The position numbers and the translations under genes were made by a program. This document shows positions 63,224 to 64,000 of a stretch of 64,000 nt of DNA, piece by piece. Location of the stretch: contig OZ037766.1 in the NCBI GenBank assembly GCA_964035545.1, forward strand, positions 26,703,473 to 26,767,472, given 5' to 3'. The notes below the pieces were generated by a model. That model made no database searches, was not told where the DNA came from, and saw only the letters and a list, made by a program, of their open reading frames with translations. Each line of letters opens with the position of its first letter. Position 1 is the first letter of the stretch. The stretch is from Bugula neritina (lineage: Eukaryota; Animalia; Bryozoa).

Positions 63224-64000
63224 TTTATTTACAATATGCTCCCTGCATGTGAATAGAAGATGTAATTATATAGTGGCCAGTAATAAGCTACATGTCCTGC
63301 AAGCTACAGCCTTCTTATCCATTGTCTGTCAACATAGCCCTACATTCTTCCAACTGGTTTAATGTTTACTGGTAACTCTAATGTGACAGTGTAAAGTTTA
63401 TTCAGAAAACTGTAGTATCTCAGTCTATATCAATAAACAAAGAGTCATTCAAAAATAAGAAAAGCCTAATATAAGTTTTTGTTGACTTAAAAAGCAATTC
63501 TATTCAAAAGTAACTTCAGTTCAATAATTTTATTGTGAATGAAATACAAACGTGAATATATAGTAGTAAAAGACTAGGCACAATAAAAGTAGGATTTGTC
63601 TTCTCATTGAACACAAAGTATAACTCTATATAGAAAAAGATAGTATATATACACACATACCTGCGGTAGAGTATAAGTATATCATATAGTCTTTATGAAA
63701 TAAATCATAATGCTGCTATAAATAAAAAAAATATCTATCTAAATGAGCTTCAAATAGAAGATGTGCTTATTATTTCTTTTTTTAAAATGCTTAGCCACTA
63801 TAATTATGGAAAATTTTTGTTATTGAACATCATTAGAAAAAAAATTATAAAGTAAGTATTATCTTTGAAACCATACTTTTGTTATTTATGTTTTGTGAAA
63901 GTTTTTACATACATGTACAAAGAGTTATAAGAAAAATAAAAATACTTGAACTGCTTGCCTCATAATGAAGATGTGCTAAGCAAGTTTGCTACATTGTATT

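Noticed and set aside
62850-63362. 170-aa plus-strand ORF
   Set aside because: Antisense shadow of the ankyrin exon.

Overview
AT-rich, intron-rich animal (invertebrate-type) genomic DNA; the species cannot be determined from the sequence alone. Four spliced protein-coding genes were reconstructed by hand, with splice phases checked. (1) The 5' part of a teneurin gene on the minus strand, from the ATG at 37886 to beyond the left edge: long intracellular domain, TM helix, furin site, 8 EGF repeats, Cys-rich region. (2) An 8-exon divergent rhodopsin-class GPCR (minus, 42493-46972). (3) A 7-exon classical SDR oxidoreductase (plus, 51015-53852). (4) A 7-exon ankyrin-repeat/caspase fusion gene (minus, 58586-63223) with an intact His/Cys dyad and a QACAG active site. 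Also present: a tRNA-Ala(CGC) gene sitting against the 3' splice site of the teneurin EGF7/EGF8 intron, a candidate nested antisense gene for a very acidic protein, an inverted and truncated duplicate of the GPCR, two tRNA-Thr-derived SINEs, Harbinger-like MITEs, a perfect 152-bp palindrome and many mini/microsatellites. The strongest candidates for undescribed biology are the ankyrin-caspase and the tRNA/splice-acceptor overlap. No database search was possible, so novelty is not established.
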